A stretch of DNA of 64,000 nucleotides from Octopus vulgaris (taxonomy: Eukaryota). The stretch spans positions 88,474,001 through 88,538,000 of the forward strand of contig OX597823.1 in NCBI GenBank assembly GCA_951406725.2, in the 5' to 3' direction. This document shows positions 43,312 to 53,840 of the stretch, in pieces (position 1 is the first letter of the stretch; each line of letters opens with the position of its first letter). The notes below the pieces were generated by a model. It was not told where the DNA came from. It made no database searches and saw nothing but the letters and a program-made list of their open reading frames with translations. A program made the position numbers and the translations under genes.

Positions 43312-43529
43312 TTATATATATTATAATAGAGATAGATGGAGAAATATATAGATAGAGAGGGGGAGAAACGAGGAGGGGGAAAGAGAGAGAGAACGTCATA
43401 AGGAATAAGATCATAACCAATTTTGCTATATTGAGGTCGGTCCACCCCAGTACACGTTCGCGACTTCACGCTTAATTTGATAAATGAAACGTTGCCCGTG
43501 TTTTGAGTCTGAGACGTGTTGGATTTCGA

Positions 43530-43885
43530 GGCATGGATGTGCGGTCGGGAGTTTGCTTCCTAACCAGGTGGTTTCGGGTTCGGTCTCATTCCGCTACAGG
43601 TTGGAAGAGTGCATTCTACTACATCCCCGATAAAAGCTTTGTGAAAGATTCGTGACTCTATTTGGTGGACGGAAACAGAAAGCCCGTCATAGCAAGTGTT
43701 GTTGCGTTTGCGTTTATAACCGACTACCACTTAACAAACTGTATTGGTTTCATTACGTCCCTGTTACCTAGCAGTTTGGCAAGAAAAGATCGATTGAATA
43801 AGTAACAGATTTTAAAAACATTTACTGAAGTTGAATTGTACTACTAAATATATTCAGGGTGGCAAAGTCCAATGACTGACAAATA
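43530..43885 (+). mobile_element. SINE family A-related, old copy
   Basis: TTTGCTTCCTAACCA..GGTTTCGGGTTCGGTC; TTTGGTGGACGGAAAC..AGCCCGTC; TAGCAGTTTGGCAAGA. Confidence 0.55.
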
Positions 43886-44039
43886 AATTATGACACATAC
43901 ATACACACATATATATGCTTACATACCTACATACACACGTATATACACAGGTGCATGCCTACATATATAAATCTATACATGCATACATAAAAACATACGT
44001 ACTTGCGCACACACTCACGCACATATGTATGTATTTCAA

Positions 44040-44455
44040 TTCCTTTACTACACACAAGGGGCTAAACACAGAGAGAGAGGACAAACAAAGACAGGCAAAC
44101 GGATTAAGCCGATTATATCGATGCCAGTGCGTAACTGGTACTTATTTAATCGACACCGAAAGGATGAAAGGCAAAGGTCGACCTCGGCAGAATTTGAACT
44201 CGGCACGTAGCGGCAGACGAAATACCTATTTCTTTACTACCCACAATGGGCTAAACACAGAGAGGACAAAGACGGACAGACAAACGGATTAAGTCGATTA
44301 TGTCGACCCCAGTGCGGAACTGGTACTTATTTAATCGACCCCGAAAGGATGAAAGGCAAAGTCGACCTCGGCGGAATTTGAACTCAGAACGTAGCGGCAG
44401 ACAAAATACTGCAAAGCATTTCGCTCGGAGTGCTAACGACTCTGCCAGCTCGCCG
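44040..44455 (-). mobile_element. SINE family B, dimeric
   Basis: Same organisation and GAAATACC|TATTTCTTTAC junction as 19287-19700. Confidence 0.85.
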
Positions 44456-46000
44456 GCTGCACATCCTCAATCGTCGTTGTCAGCCAATTCTCTAATAATT
44501 TATTATATTTCATTCTGTTGTTAGGTACCTTGTTTTTCAATGAAGAAACACTGTCGCCGGTGTTAAGGTGGTAGAATCTTTAGAGAGTTGTAAAAAAATA
44601 TACTATTCATTAAGTATTTGAGTCGATGTATCGAATACCACCTTCCACCAAACTGTTAGTCTCGTGCCATAATTAGATAAAATTATTATTGTTGTTTGGC
44701 ACTTGTCCTATAAAGTAAACATCCGCCCTTTCCCTATACATTTACATTGATTTTATTCGAATGAACAGCAGAAAAAATAAACTTGGAATATTTGGCTTGT
44801 GAACGGTTTAAATGGAGAAACTATTCAGTTTGTCTCTGTAATATTTATCAATTCACCGTCCTGTTCTTGGGGAAATATTGATCGGTCTTTCTAAGAATTT
44901 TTAGCGTTGAAATAAATGATTTTAATGAATGCCTGTTAGGTTATATACATATTCTTCCTTGAAGGTACAAATAATTTATAGATTTTATTGATAAATTAAT
45001 GCATCGAACACAGTAGATTTTTCTTAGGATTTCTGAAGAGAAAAAGATTTAATAAGTAGAAATCGATAGTTGTCACAGAAAAAAAATACCATATCAGAGT
45101 TTCAATTATTTTTATATTTATTCGATAAATTGGTAAATCAGCCGGAAGGAATTATTGAATTTGCTAATCAAGAAGACTTTCTGTTTGTTTTATTTGATTC
45201 ATTCCCTCATTTTCCTTCATGAGTGTGAGCAATCTATGTTAGGATGTGTGCAAAAATAAGACAAGGTGTCAGGCTAATTGAAGGATTCGATTCGAGAATT
45301 TTAATTGATATTCAACCTAATATATTACAATTATTCACGCACAACTGATGCAGCGCGGACGGTGAATGACAAAGACTGATTTAATAAAGTTACTCTCTTG
45401 TTGTTGTTGTTGCTGTTGTTGTTGTATATTTGTTTATTCTCAAGTCAGACCTCTTCAGCAGACATAAGATCAAAAGCGCTTCGAAAAAGACTATTGCGTT
45501 TTCATAAAGATTTATATCTTTATTATGCTCTATGGGTCTTTTCTTTTAAACAGTGTGCAATGATTAGTGAGTGAGTTCTTTGATCATTCTGGGAACGAAT
45601 GCATCGACCTTCTGTGTACTTTATCAAGTTGTTATTGCCATTCAGCACTACACTGCCCTGCGTGAGTGAAACTATGATAAAGGCATTCAACTAATTATCA
45701 TACTGTCCTTTCTATAGCAATGGATGTGTTTTTCCATTCTTTTTTGTTCTGTAGGACGTCACAGTGGCTAAAACAGTCAACAGGAAACCATAACATAAAT
45801 AAATGTACAGCAATCCATATCGCTGTTCACCTATTGCGGTTTATTATTGAAGCCTAATTCCTCCATCGTGTTGTTTTACATTTATGATGAAATAAATGCA
45901 TACAGATTATAAAAATAATTTATGATATATACATAGCGTACAGTACTGATTCTACTTCGCGGATTTAGACCAATCGCGGTGGGGTTTCAAACGTAATACC

Positions 46001-46228
46001 TATTTCTTTATTACCCACAAGAGGCTAAACACAGAGGGGACAAACAAGGACAGACAACCGGATTAAGTCGATTACATCGACCCCAGAGCGTGACTGGTAC
46101 TTAATTCATCGACCCCGAAATGATGAAAGGCAAAGTCGACCTCGGCGAAATTTGATCTCACAACGTAACGGCAGACGAAATACCGCTAAGCATTTCGCCC
46201 GGCGTGCTAACGTTTCTGCCAGCTCGCC
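46001..46228 (-). mobile_element. SINE family B monomer with perfect 16-bp TSD
   Basis: TTTCAAACGTAATACC at 45985-46000 and 46229-46244. Confidence 0.9.
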
Positions 46229-46419
46229 TTTCAAACGTAATACCGGCGAGCACCAGCATTGAAAGTTTAAGAAAATATCTTATATGCTCAGATAGATGAG
46301 TTAGAATACAACTAACAGCAAAATAAGTAACAGTAGTGACTCGTAAACGAATACTGTAGTTTGTTCATATCGCAACTTGCCTTCGATACAAAATGAATAT
46401 ACAGAATATTTGGACCTAA

Positions 46420-46858
46420 AGAGGGGTTGGTAAAATAATGGAAACACCTTAAAATTTCAAACAAATTTATTTATATATGAGTTAGGACTTTATTTGGTAG
46501 TAATTATAGGTTGAATTCTATGAGGTATGGACTCATGCAAAGTTTGGATTTTTTTCCAAAAGAATTTCTGTCCATTTTTCAATTAAAACACTCTGCTCGA
46601 TAATATTGAGATCTGTGGACTGTTGTGGCTAAATAAGATATTCAACTTCACTAGAATGTTCCTCTTGTATTCAGAAAGAACTTTAGCTGTGTGAATTGGT
46701 GCATCATCATCCTGAAAGATTGTGTTTTCCTCCGGAAACAGTTCCACAACTATAGGATGAATTTGATCAGATAAAATGCCTAAATAGTATGGACTATTAA
46801 TTCTGCCATGAAGGAAAACCATTGGGCCGGCGGATTTCCGAGATAAAGCTTCTGGCAA
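46420..46858 (-). pseudogene. Tc1-like transposase 3' fossil with one TIR
   Basis: ORF 46583-46858 has the Tc1 DDE motif IFQDDDAPIHTAK; TIR-like AGGGGTTGGTAAAATAATGGAAACACC at ~46422. Confidence 0.75.
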
Positions 46859-47596
46859 AAGCTCCCGATAGAATAAGCACTAGGATTACAAAGAATAAGT
46901 TCAGGGGTCGATTTTTTCGACCAAAATGCGTTACTCCAGCATGACCACAGTCAAAATTACTTCAACAAGCAAAAGAAAAAAGAATATATACATACATATA
47001 TGTGTGTCTCTGTGTGTGCGCATGTCTGTATATGCGTGTATATATATACATTCACATGTTAGTGCATGTATATATACATGCTCATGTAGTGTATGTATAT
47101 ATGTAGTAGTGTGTTGGTGGCGATGTGCACGGGAGTACTATTATATAATACTTAATACCTCCACCAGGATGTTCTACAGGGGCTTTACCCCCTCTACTTA
47201 ATTTATGTTTTCCAAGTTCACAATTATCCAATCTTTATGACCTCTAATGAAAGTTTCCTACTTTTTAGGCCACTTTCAGATAATCTACATAATAAAGTCC
47301 GTCGTCTTCGTCGTCGTCATTGCAGCAGCAGCAACAGCAGTACTAGTAGTAGTAATAACAGCAATAGCAGAAGCAGTAAAAGTAGTATTAGCTGTAAATA
47401 TTACTGACATGTAATTTTAAGAATAAAATTGAATTTACTTGCCCTAAATTAATATTATTATTATTACCACCACTACTACTGCTACTAATACTACTACTAC
47501 TACTAATACTACTTTAGTTCATGATTTGTGTTGCAAGTTTCCTAGCTTTCGACAGTTATATTAGGTCGTTGGGAGACATCCATTGTCATCCTCTTA

Positions 47597-47646
<50 letters not shown>

Positions 47647-47924
47647 TCTATCACATTCTCAGAACAGAAGAATGCCAGTTAATCTTATCTTTCGTCCTTG
47701 AAAGCATTGGAACATACATTTTTCAGTTAGAAGAACATTAATTGATTTATATGTTGCAACCTGTGTTTAAGAAGAAAAACATCTGTCTTTATTTTCTTTC
47801 CTTTCGAGCTCCGTATATTATTGCATATATTATCATTCTTCTGTAATACTATCTGCGGTGATATAACAATGCGATTATCTTTTGCAATTTATATCTAAAC
47901 AGAATTTTCCTGAAAGGAAATGAT

Positions 47925-48300
47925 TTATTTTTCAATGTGTCAGTCACAGCAGGCGGGGCAATGCCCATGACCTCTGCAGGTCTGTCGAAACTAAAACAAG
48001 AAAGAAAAAAAAAAAACAGTTTACATTGAAACAATGTGGTAGAGCTAACTTTCTACGGAACAAAGGCTGCAAGAATCTTTTACTGCGAGATTTGTGAAGC
48101 GAGAGACAGTAAGTGCGGGAGGAGATTGTGTTACCCCTGAGTTGTACAGACGTCTGTGAATAGACATAGAGTGTAGCAGAGACTGCTAGCCTATCAAAGA
48201 ACAAGCTACGTTGTGCAGAAATCTGACCATCATCAAGATATCGCATCAACAACATCCAATACATCGATCGCATATAGAGCAACAAAATTTGAACCGTCAG
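47925..48300 (-). mobile_element. Possible decayed LINE 3' end with structured 3' UTR
   Basis: GC-richer segment; short hairpins (GGGC-AAT-GCCC, GACCT-CTGC-AGGTC) precede GAAAAATAAA on the minus strand; protein similarity weak. Confidence 0.3.
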
Positions 48301-48329
48301 CAACCTTATATTATTGCTTTGCACTTGTA

Positions 48330-48762
48330 AGGCAACGAACAGGCAGACACGTTAGCACTCCGGGCGAAATGCTTAGCGGTGTTTAACTCCTTGTGGGTAG
48401 TAAAGAAATAGGTATTTTGTCTGTCTTTACGTTTTGAATTCGAATTCCGCAGAAGTCAACTTTGCCTTTCATCCCTTCGGGGTCGATAAATTGACTACCA
48501 GTTGCGTACTGGAGTCGATCTACTTTACTGTCTCCATCCCCCAAAAATTTCGAGCCTTGTGCCTGGAGTAGAAACGAACATTCTTTTATTAGCAGTATTT
48601 CGACTGCCTTTACGTTCTGAATTCAAATTCCGCTGAGGTCGACTTTGCTTTTCATCCTTTTGGGGTCGATAGATTAAGTACCAGCTGCGTACTGGGGTCG
48701 ATCTAATCAACTGCCCCGCTCCCCAAAAACTTTTGGGCCTTGTGCCTAGAGTTGAAAAGAAT
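48330..48762 (+). mobile_element. SINE family B, multimeric
   Basis: tRNA head at 48330-48380, then two bodies of the TTTGCCTTTCATCC..GGGGTCGA type (~48420-48575, ~48595-48760). Confidence 0.8.
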
Positions 48763-49568
48763 ATTGCTTTGTACTTCGTTCACTGGATGCAATACTACTT
48801 ATAATTTATTTCGAATCCTTTACATTTATTGCTAATGCTAAGTTTGTAACTGCTCGTTGATCGATAGTGTATTAAGTCAGCAAATATACGTTTTTCTTTC
48901 TCGTAATTGGACTCCATTTGCAATAAACCAACATATTTTAATCTAAAATAGTGACATGAAAATATAAATTGCAAACCTTTAGCAGTTAAAATCTTAATAA
49001 TATGCTGACTTCATATCTAATTTATACCACAGAAGGTAACTACGAATCAGTTAAGTCGCATATCATCTATAATATAAACTACAGATACATAGATACCATC
49101 ATTTCGCTATGCTTACAACACTATAAAAATTCCTGTTCACGACTCAGTGAACAACAGTTAATATTTTCTGATTAATTAGATCGTCTTGAAAAATGAAGAT
49201 AATCCAATAACTTTTGTCTAACACCAACACTAACCAAAAATCAAAAGCATTAGAACGATATTTCTTCCTTCCTACCGATTTCGATTTCTATTGTGTGAAT
49301 ATTTCATGATCCTAGTATATCATTAGGCCAATTCTCGCATGCATCTTTTGATGTCAGTATCACATTCAATCACACAAAGATATTTTCCAATATCATTTTC
49401 ATAAGTCCTGGATCACTTCCAATATATCTACGGCTCCACTGTCACTTAAACATTCCCAGCCTTTCGCTGGCCATCTCTTAACCCTTACACGCAGTTATAC
49501 AGAAGCAATGAAACAATACACACGTTCCTAACTACCGTTGATTTAAATGCTGCCACCCAACGCCCGCT

Positions 49569-49618
<50 letters not shown>

Positions 49619-49639
49619 CACACACACATATATATATAT

Positions 49640-49732
49640 GGTTAATCCAAACACAAAAACACGAAGAGAAAACACAACGTGATGACTTCGAACAAGTATA
49701 GTGTTATTGGACGCTCAGGAAAGGAAAGAAAG
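49640..49732 (-). mobile_element. 3' fragment of the 81/7478 HHR element family
   Basis: Reverse complement matches CTTTCCTTTCCTGAGCGTCCAATAACA(C)TATACTT...TGTTTGGATTAAC. Confidence 0.65.
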
Positions 49733-49854
49733 AAATATATATATATATATATATACCAGAGTAAGGACAGAAATGTTAAACAAGGTGGAAAATGGCACTG
49801 GAATACCGGAGGTAGAATATGTTTTATTATTAAAGGTGCAAAAACATCACAAAA

Positions 49855-49898
49855 AAGTTATTACTCAGAGTTTCATGTTCTCGATCGTCGGACAGTTT
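49855..49898 (-). ncRNA. Second copy of the U4C hammerhead, stem II degraded
   Basis: Reverse strand AAACTGT-CCGACGA-TCG-AGAA-CAT-GAAA-CTCTGAG-TA-ATAACTT. Confidence 0.45.
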
Positions 49899-50238
49899 TG
49901 GTTGAGAATATTTTGCTTGGAGGTGTTTTTATATAAGTATGCATGCATCAAAGTTTGCATGTTTAGTGCATATTTTAATTAGATTTAATTTACCATTAGT
50001 TAATTTACTCTGAGTATATATGTTGTTACTTTCTAACTGACGTTAATTTTGATATAACGTTTTCTTCAATTTTCTTATAATTTTTAAGTCGTGATTTTAA
50101 TATTATGTATATGACCGCTTCTTAAAAAGACCGTCATTTGAAAGGACCAATGAAACGAAACTAATTTCAAATGTGTGTCTGTCAATGTATATTATATATT
50201 TATAAATATAACATTAATTTTTTGTTCAATTCTCAACC

Positions 50239-50282
50239 AAACTGTCCGACGAACGGGAACGTGAAACTCTGAGTAGTAGTTT
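50239..50282 (+). ncRNA. Minimal type I hammerhead, U4C core variant
   Basis: AAACTGT-CCGACGA-ACG-GGAA-CGT-GAAA-CTC-T-GAG-TA-GTAGTTT; all three stems pair. Confidence 0.65.
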
Positions 50283-52302
50283 TTTGTGGCATTTTGCAGC
50301 TTTAATAATAAGGTGTATATATTTGTATGTGTGTGTGTGTGTGTTTGTGTGTATTTGTTTTTATCGTCTCCATGTGTATGCTTTGACGAATGAACAAAGG
50401 ACAAGTGACCAAAATGTCAACATCCCTTTCTTTATTTCGCAGTATAATACATTGATTTTGTGTTGATGTTGTGCGTATCTTTGTCATTCTGTTTTGGGAA
50501 TTAATAAAATTCCTTCGTTATGCGCACACACAGACACACACGCACATACGAACCTCGGGATGTTGGCAAAGATCTGGCTTCATTTAAGCAGATATGGATT
50601 TTTCCATTTATACGATATGCTAATTAACAGATAGTTTTAAAGATAACTTCCCCTTTACCTCCCTCTTCTCTCTCTCTCTCTCGTTTTCTCTCTCCCTCTC
50701 TCTCCCTACCTACCTATCTCTCTTTCACATACATATACACACGCAAACAACTAATCTGTACACTCACAAACATACACGCAAACAAACCAGCGCACAACTC
50801 ATTATTCGTTGATCTTTTGGTCTTCGAAAAATATTTCGTTTTATCGCAAACCGTCTAATTGTGGTTTACGTCTTGTCTCCTCCACGATAACCTCAGTAAC
50901 ATAATCTAATTGTTTCATTCATAAATTTCCACCTCCTTCTTAGCCTTTGCTAATGATGCTACATTCGTGCATAGTTTTCCTAACCTTTACCTCGATGTGA
51001 TATATATAATCTAATGCAACATCATTTCAAACAACAAGTAACCACTTGCTACTGTATTAATCTAGTTTCGTTGAGGGAAAATATAACCTCCCATACACTA
51101 ATTCTTCTTTAAGAAGTCATGAATTATATTCTTAAACTACTTATCTCTATGTGCGAAAGCATTTTGTTAACTCAATATATATAGCATTTATTTCCTACTA
51201 CGTGAATGTAATGTTTCTGGTGTAATTGGATATAAGCTTCCTGCTTTATCTATGTCATTTCTTAAGATAGAATCTCAAAGATGAATTGTATCTTTTAGTA
51301 ATTCATATTTTCTTTGTAGTTTCTTATCGGTTTTATAGATATCTATTTATGATTGTGCTGTTGAAGCTATTTTGAGATGTTTTACATATATTGTAAGGAA
51401 AAACGTCACAATTAGGCAGGCGTTATACTGTGATGATCCTCCGGAATTTGTTTTTTCACTTCAAGATTTGGATTCGATTCCGATGCTTTGCATCTATTCT
51501 CGTCTGAAAATAATACTATTTATTACACTAGATGCAGTTCAGTCGATTATAAATATCATAAGATGTGGGGCATATTTGATCATCTTCCTGATCTATCTAT
51601 GCCATTTCTTAAGATAGAAACCAGAAAATGGTTTGTGCTTTTTATATAGATTTTGTTTTCTATTTTATAGACATTTTATTTATGGCTGTTAAAAGGAGGC
51701 CAACTGGCAGAATCATGAGCACGTTGGATAAAATGCTTTTGGCATTACTTCAGGCTATTTACGTTCTGAGTCCAAGTCCTACCGAGGCCTCCTTTACCTT
51801 GATATGCAGCCTTGAATCAAAGGAGGCAATCATAATGCTAATCCTTGTTTATAAGGCAAAATCGCTTTTGTTGGCTACAACGTACTATAATCAAGTTAGT
51901 ATTCAATTAAAAGGACAATGCAAGTACAAAAAGTACAATGCGAGTATAAAATGTACAATGCAACGGTACAATGGTCTGGTGCTCACCGAAGTTTGTGCAA
52001 CTTGATTCTTGTGTGAAAATAATGGATTGTTATGCACATGCAAAATGAATGATTGTCTTAGCGATTCCTGTCTTGATTTCGTTAAATAAGTAACACATCC
52101 TGCGATAGATTTAAGAACGAATATGTCGAAAACTATAAATAATATAATATTATCCAATAATATATTATTCAAACCACCTACGAAGACTAGTTAGTTGCAA
52201 GAAATAAGAGCTAAAATCTCACTAAAATTATAAGCTTTTTCGTTATAAATACATTATTTACAGTTGATGGATATTTGCCCTGTCCTCATCTTGATTGTTG
52301 TT

Positions 52303-52348
52303 AACACAACGTTTCGGCTGATGTACTCTCCAGCCTTCTTCAGATGTC
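52303..52348 (-). ncRNA. Minimal type I hammerhead ribozyme
   Basis: Reverse strand GACAT-CTGAAGA-A-GGCTG-GAGAGTACAT-CAGCC-GAAA-CG-TT-GTGTT. Confidence 0.75.
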
Positions 52349-52408
52349 TTGAGGAAATTTCGAACCTGAGTTCTCATTCCTAAGATATTTTTCGATCTTC
52401 TTCTTCTT

Positions 52409-52453
<45 letters not shown>

Positions 52454-52642
52454 GTTGTTGTTGTTGTTATTATTCAGGTCACTGCTGTAATCGAACTCGG
52501 AATCTTGGGGTTAGTATCCCTCAATACAGTAACCATAAGAGCATCACAATAAACCACACCACATACCCATGGCACACAGAGCTGCGCTCGGGAGTGAAGT
52601 GAATGCACTCAATAAATATAAAACTACTGAATAATAATAATG

Positions 52643-52707
<65 letters not shown>

Positions 52708-52752
52708 GAAAAATACCTTAGGAATGAGAACCCAGGTTGAAAATTTCCCCAA

Positions 52753-52798
52753 GACACCTGATGAAGGCTGGTAGGTATATCAGCCGAAACGTTGTGTT
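52753..52798 (+). ncRNA. Minimal type I hammerhead ribozyme
   Basis: GACAC-CTGATGA-A-GGCTG-GTAGGTATAT-CAGCC-GAAA-CG-TT-GTGTT, with palindromic AACGTT stem III. Confidence 0.8.
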
Positions 52799-53676
52799 AA
52801 CAAATAAGATGAGGACAAATATCCGTCAAATCTAAATAATGTAAATGATGTACATAATTCCCCATCTCTTAAATATAGAACTGTATTAGGAATACATGCC
52901 TCAATACTAAATTACTGATACTTTCCGATTTTATTCGTTTATTTCTTTGGCTAAGAGCTTGTTTTCTGCTATTTATATAAACCTAATCATTCGACACAGT
53001 CACAGATTTCAAAATATAATGCAAGATTTCATACACAGCAAAATAGATTCTGATATTAATAGATAGTTAGACATACAGACAGACAAACAGATAGATAGAG
53101 GGAGGGAGGGAGAGCGAGATAAAAGACACACAGAGAGAGTGAGTGAGGGTTTAAGGAAACAAAACAGAGACATCAATTATGAATTCAATTTTCTGTTCAC
53201 TTCCTCAGCAGATTACACGATATGACCCTTATTGTTTCCTCATTATTTTTTTACGTCCGTTTTCTATCAGAAATCGTTCATATTATTCGTTAGACCACTC
53301 TATTAATAAAAGGTTATTTCAAGAATGATGTGTACTCTGCTAAGGCATGGATTTTTATAGCAAGCGTTGTCTTATTACATTTTAATTAAAAAATAAATAA
53401 TAGGCACGGAATTCTTCAGAAAACATGGGAATGTCCTAGCCTTACAGATGCCTAAGTAGTGCATGTACGGCAAAGTCAATATGTAAACAAGCATACACAT
53501 ATCCATATGCATATACACATACGCATACGCGCACACACACATACTCTCAAACACACACCCATGGATGTAGTGCTCCGAGAAACAGCAACGAAGCTACATA
53601 CAAAGGGGCAAATACAGTGATACATACACATATATAGAGAGATAGATAGAAATATATGTAAGATACATATATACAC

Positions 53677-53710
<34 letters not shown>

Positions 53711-53729
53711 ATGTATATATATGTACTTG

Positions 53730-53792
<63 letters not shown>

Positions 53793-53840
53793 ATGTATAT
53801 ATATATGTACTTGTATGTATATGTATATATATATATATAT

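Larger units (their letters stand above)
49822..50313. mobile_element. Short element with ~90-bp inverted HHR-containing arms (inverted pLTR-like)
   Basis: 49822-49909 is the diverged reverse complement of 50229-50313; AT-rich spacer of ~320 bp. Confidence 0.7.
52264..52830. mobile_element. Head-to-head inverted pair of (AAT)n-HHR elements
   Basis: 52264-52476 is the diverged reverse complement of ~52626-52830, including the (ATT)n/(AAT)n tracts. Confidence 0.75.

Noticed and set aside
47537-47580. Minus-strand GTCTCC..CAACGA..GAAAGCTA-GGAAAC
   Set aside because: HHR-like 3' half, but the CUGANGA box is destroyed and there is no stem II.
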